64,000 nt of DNA from the human T2T-CHM13v2.0 reference genome, Homo sapiens: NCBI RefSeq assembly GCF_009914755.1, contig NC_060940.1. One strand, written 5' to 3'. The position numbers and the translations under genes were made by a program. Under the pieces are notes generated by a model. That model did no database searches. It was not told the origin of the DNA and saw only the letters and a list, made by a program, of their open reading frames with translations. Shown here piece after piece: positions 60,065 through 64,000 of the stretch. How positions within the stretch are numbered: the stretch's first letter is position 1; every line of letters starts with the position of its first letter.

Positions 60065-60289
60065 TATCTTTGTCTGTTCCTTTACTTGCTATATTAAAAC
60101 CTTCCTATATTTTTACGTTTTAGCTTTTTTTTTTTTTTTAACAGCAGATAGCTGGATTCCCTGCCCCGTCCCATCTAATTTGATAATCTCTTTTAACTGA
60201 GATGGTTATTTCCATTACATTTATTGTGATTATTGATCTATTTGGATTGTTTCTCCTGTTGTAACTTTTTTGAGGTTTCATTGGTACAG

Positions 60290-60294
<5 letters not shown>

Positions 60295-60344
<50 letters not shown>
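60295..60344. repeat. (TA)25 microsatellite
   Basis: read directly. Confidence 0.97.
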
Positions 60345-60350
<6 letters not shown>

Positions 60351-60535
60351 CTTTTTTGGTCTATAAAAATTAAGTTTTTTTCTTATTACTTTTTTTTTTC
60401 TTTCCTGAGATGGAAGTTATAATCTCTGCTTTTACTCTTTAAATTATTATCTTTGAAATTTTACTAGGCACATGAGACTTTTAATGTTAGTATCTTTTAC
60501 TTTTAATGTCAGTTTAACTTTTAATGCAGTATCCT

Positions 60536-60748
60536 TTTTTTTTTTTTTTAATTTTAGAGGCTGTCCCTCAGGCTGGAGTGCCATGGCATGATCATAGTTC
60601 ACTGCAGCCTCAAACTTCAGGGCTCTAGGCAGCCTCCTACCTCGGCCTCATGAGTATTTTGGATTACAGGCATGCACCTCCACAACCGGATAATTTATTT
60701 TTTATTTTTATTTTCTGGAGACAGGGCCTCACTGTGTTGCCCAGGCTG
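60536..60748 (-). mobile_element. AluJ fragment
   Basis: right arm plus partial left arm, reverse complement. Confidence 0.85.
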
Positions 60749-62727
60749 TAATGTTGGTATCTTGACTGCCATCACCTTCCCACCATGCCTGATGATACGA
60801 AGATCTCAGACTACTTTAACCCTAGCCATTTCTTTCCTAACTGACACATTCTCATTGCTGAGGACTTCAGTTCTTTTTATTAAGCCTACTTGTTAGACAG
60901 CTATATTTTATGAATACAGTGGTTCTTTAGATTAACCTACGTGTTTTATCCTTTTTCCCCTTTGCTAATCTTCTTGAATCTCAGGCCTTCTTATTTGGGT
61001 TTATTTTCATTCTCTCTCAACTACATCCTTTAGAAATTATTTTAGTTGGCCTATTGGTTAAAGCTTTATTTTTATAAGTCTGAAAATGTCCTTATTTTGC
61101 TCTTATTCTTGAGATACAGTTTTGTTAGATCTGCTATTCTAGCTTGACAGTTCTCTTTTTCTCAACCCGATGAAGAGAGAATTTTGATGACTCTTGTCGC
61201 TACCGTTAAGAAAAGTCCAGTTGTTGATGGTCTAATTGTTACATCTGTGCTGAGGGTTGTTGCTGGTTTCTTCCATCTGCTGCTGGTTTAAGACTTCCTA
61301 TTTGTCTTTGATGTTCTATAGCTTTACTACATTGTATCTAGGAATAGGCTTCTTTTTAACTTAGTCAGTTTGGTGTAAATGGTACCCTTGTATCTGTAGA
61401 TTCATGTCTTTACTAGTTCTGGAAAACTCTCAGTTTTTGCCTTTTCAAATAAACTCATTTTTATTCTCTCTCTTTTATTTTCTGGGATTCAAATTAGAAT
61501 ATATGTTACAATATCATATTCTGCCCTTCACAGCTCTGAATGTCTTATTTGCTTATTCTTGCCTTTGTGTTGCCCTCTATCTTCCAGTTTATGAATTTCC
61601 CTTTTTAGCTGTGTATAATCTGCTTTTTTTTAAAAAGAAAAACCATACTTACTGAGTTCTAATTTCAATAATCATAGTTCTATTTTATAGATTTTCTTTG
61701 GTTTCAAGTGTATCTGATCATTTTTTGTTGCTTGCTCATTTGTGAGTTTATATTGGGCCAATCTTAATCTGTGAGAATACTGAGGACATAGATTAAAAAT
61801 GCTTTCCTTTAGAGAGGATTTTGCATTTTTGCCTTGCGAGAGCCAAAGGCACTGTCTGTTTTTAGCTACCTGGATTAATAGTGGAGGGTCGGGTCCAATC
61901 CCCACATCTTGCTCTTATCCTGAGACTTGTACTTGACTGCCACACTGATGTTGCCTTATGCGTGTTTGTCTGATCTGCTTAAGCTTCAACTTAATTTTTT
62001 GGCCCCTTGGAGATTTCCCTTGCTTCTTGTGATCCCACTAATAACATTTTATTTTCTTTAGGATTTAGTCGTCTTGTGTGAAGAAGTCCTTTAGAATATC
62101 TAGTCCATATATTGTCAGAGCAGAAGTCAATGTCTAGATTCCAGACTCCCTAGTAAAGTAACACAAAGCCTTCCTTTACCATAGGTCATCCCAAATAAGC
62201 CAGAAACTCTCCATTTGGGGATAATAAAGCATTTCATTCCTCCTCTGGCTTATGGGTGGTTCAGAACCCAGAGGGGCAGAGGGGTGAGGCCAGTTGCTGC
62301 CTCCAGACCACCACACTAACATTCACCATGAGCCCCCAAGAGAAGAATGTGGAACTCATATTTGCCACACTTTTTGGTCCGCAGAGCAGTGTACAGAGGG
62401 CCCCTCAGGGCTGGTGCTCAACAATACACCTGTTTAGATTAAAAGGGGCGGGCGAAACAATTTCTAATGACCCTTCTGGAAATTTTTGAGGCTCTTATTT
62501 CATATTAATGTGCAACTCCTTGATTGTATTATTTGATGGTCAGGAACATACAGACAAGATGCCCCCTTCTCCTTGGTAGATTGTCTCATTTTAACACATG
62601 AGAACAACGTGGAGATGAACTGTAGGAGGTGAACACTATGTTCATATTTCTAGGGTATCTTCTCCCCCTCTCCAAATTGCTGCTGGCTTTTATGAGGCAG
62701 TAACTTACAGTTAAATACACAAATACA

Positions 62728-63051
<324 letters not shown>

Positions 63052-63289
63052 TCACAAGGGTGAATGTGTGAGGGAGGGAAATAATATGGCAAGTCTCTGT
63101 ATGAGCATACAAATGGGTGCGTGGGAAGGGAGAGGGAGGCTGTAGGAAGAGCTAAGGACCAGGAGTACCTTCTGTTATGTTCATGGATCATTCACAGGTG
63201 TGCTATGCTGGAGTGCGTCTGGAAATTCTGCTTTTAAGCTGCTTGCAAACTTCATCAAGATTTGGGGTGTGTGGATGGGGCTGTCTTTT

Positions 63290-63660
63290 CCTGAGCTTTA
63301 CTGAGTGCCTGGAACTGTTCTACATGTAGTGGAGGCAGACACAGTCCCTTCCCTTTTGGAGGTGACATTTTAGTGGAGAAAGACAATTTCAAGGAAACAG
63401 ATAAATAAAGGTAATTTCTGATTGGTTTAGATTCTGTGACGCAGATGAGGCATAGAGAGTGCTGAAGAGGTGATTAGGTTGAATGGTGAGGAAGGGCATC
63501 TCTGAGAAGGGTATTTGAGCTGAAGTTGGAAGGAAGAGAATGAGTTGGCTCTGTACAGAGCTGGGAAAAGGCTGTATCTGGCAGAAATAACAGCCTGAGT
63601 GAATTCCTTGATGGATGAAGGGGTACAGCACAATCAAAGTGGCAGAAAGGAGACCTGTGT
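63290..63660 (-). mobile_element. L2
   Basis: tactgagtgcctgg...gaagggcatctctgagaagggtatttgagctgaag. Confidence 0.7.
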
Positions 63661-63689
63661 GTTTGGCACAGTATTAGCTATCTATTGCC

Positions 63690-63785
63690 ACATTCACTCC
63701 ATCCGTCTATCCACCCATCCATGCATCCATTTCTCCACTCATGCATTCACCTACCCATTTACACATTCACTCATTTAATTCAGCC
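63690..63785. repeat. degenerate (CCAT/TCAT)n
   Basis: read directly. Confidence 0.75.
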
Positions 63786-63839
63786 ATTCTCTCTTTCCCT
63801 CTCTCCCTTATCATTTGTTTTTTCAACAATTCCGTTTCA

Positions 63840-64000
63840 ACAGTTGCCACAATCTTGGCTGCATAAAAAAACCCCGTACTTATTATATCACAGTTTCTGT
63901 GGGTCAGGAGTCTGAGCATAGCTTAGCTGGGTCCTCTGCTCTGGGTATCACATGGCTACAATCAAGGTGTTGGTCAGATGGTATTTTCATCTCAAGGCTG
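63840..64000 (-). mobile_element. MaLR MLT1 LTR (runs off the window)
   Basis: cacagtttctgtgggtcaggagtctgagcatagcttagctgggtcctctgctc. Confidence 0.8.

Larger units (their letters stand above)
59960..62130 (-). mobile_element. highly diverged L1M
   Basis: long T-rich antisense L1-like tract (ccattacatttattgtgattattgat; ctgaaaatgtccttattttg; ttcatgtctttt...tctggaaaa). Confidence 0.55.

Overview
This is primate (human-like) non-coding genomic DNA, either intergenic or deep intronic. I see no credible protein-coding exon, CpG-island promoter, RNA gene or CRISPR array. The ORF track is almost entirely Alu, L1, LTR and low-complexity artefact. The only real protein homology is a C-terminal L1 ORF2p remnant at about 12421-12850. 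The window is a mosaic of about 43 Alu copies or fragments, a 5'-inverted L1PA with a clean TSD, older L1M/L2/CR1/MIR pieces, about 20 solo LTRs or LTR fragments (MaLR, ERVL, ERV1), hAT/TcMar MITEs and microsatellites. Subfamily names come from recalled consensus similarity, not from a RepeatMasker run, and boundaries without a TSD are approximate. I found no evidence for a new biological system. The most interesting structure is a gap-free 200-bp inverted duplication (18170-18369, 184/200 identical) inserted inside an MST LTR, which preserves the empty pre-insertion site of a neighbouring Alu. Other points of interest: fused inverted Alu pairs, an ancient CR1/L2-junction duplication, an Alu tail expanded to about 585 bp of polypyrimidine, a palindromic insertion scar in an Alu, an Alu-free 10.5-kb zone holding CTCF-like motifs, and several repeat-free blocks with POU/homeobox motifs that may be enhancers.
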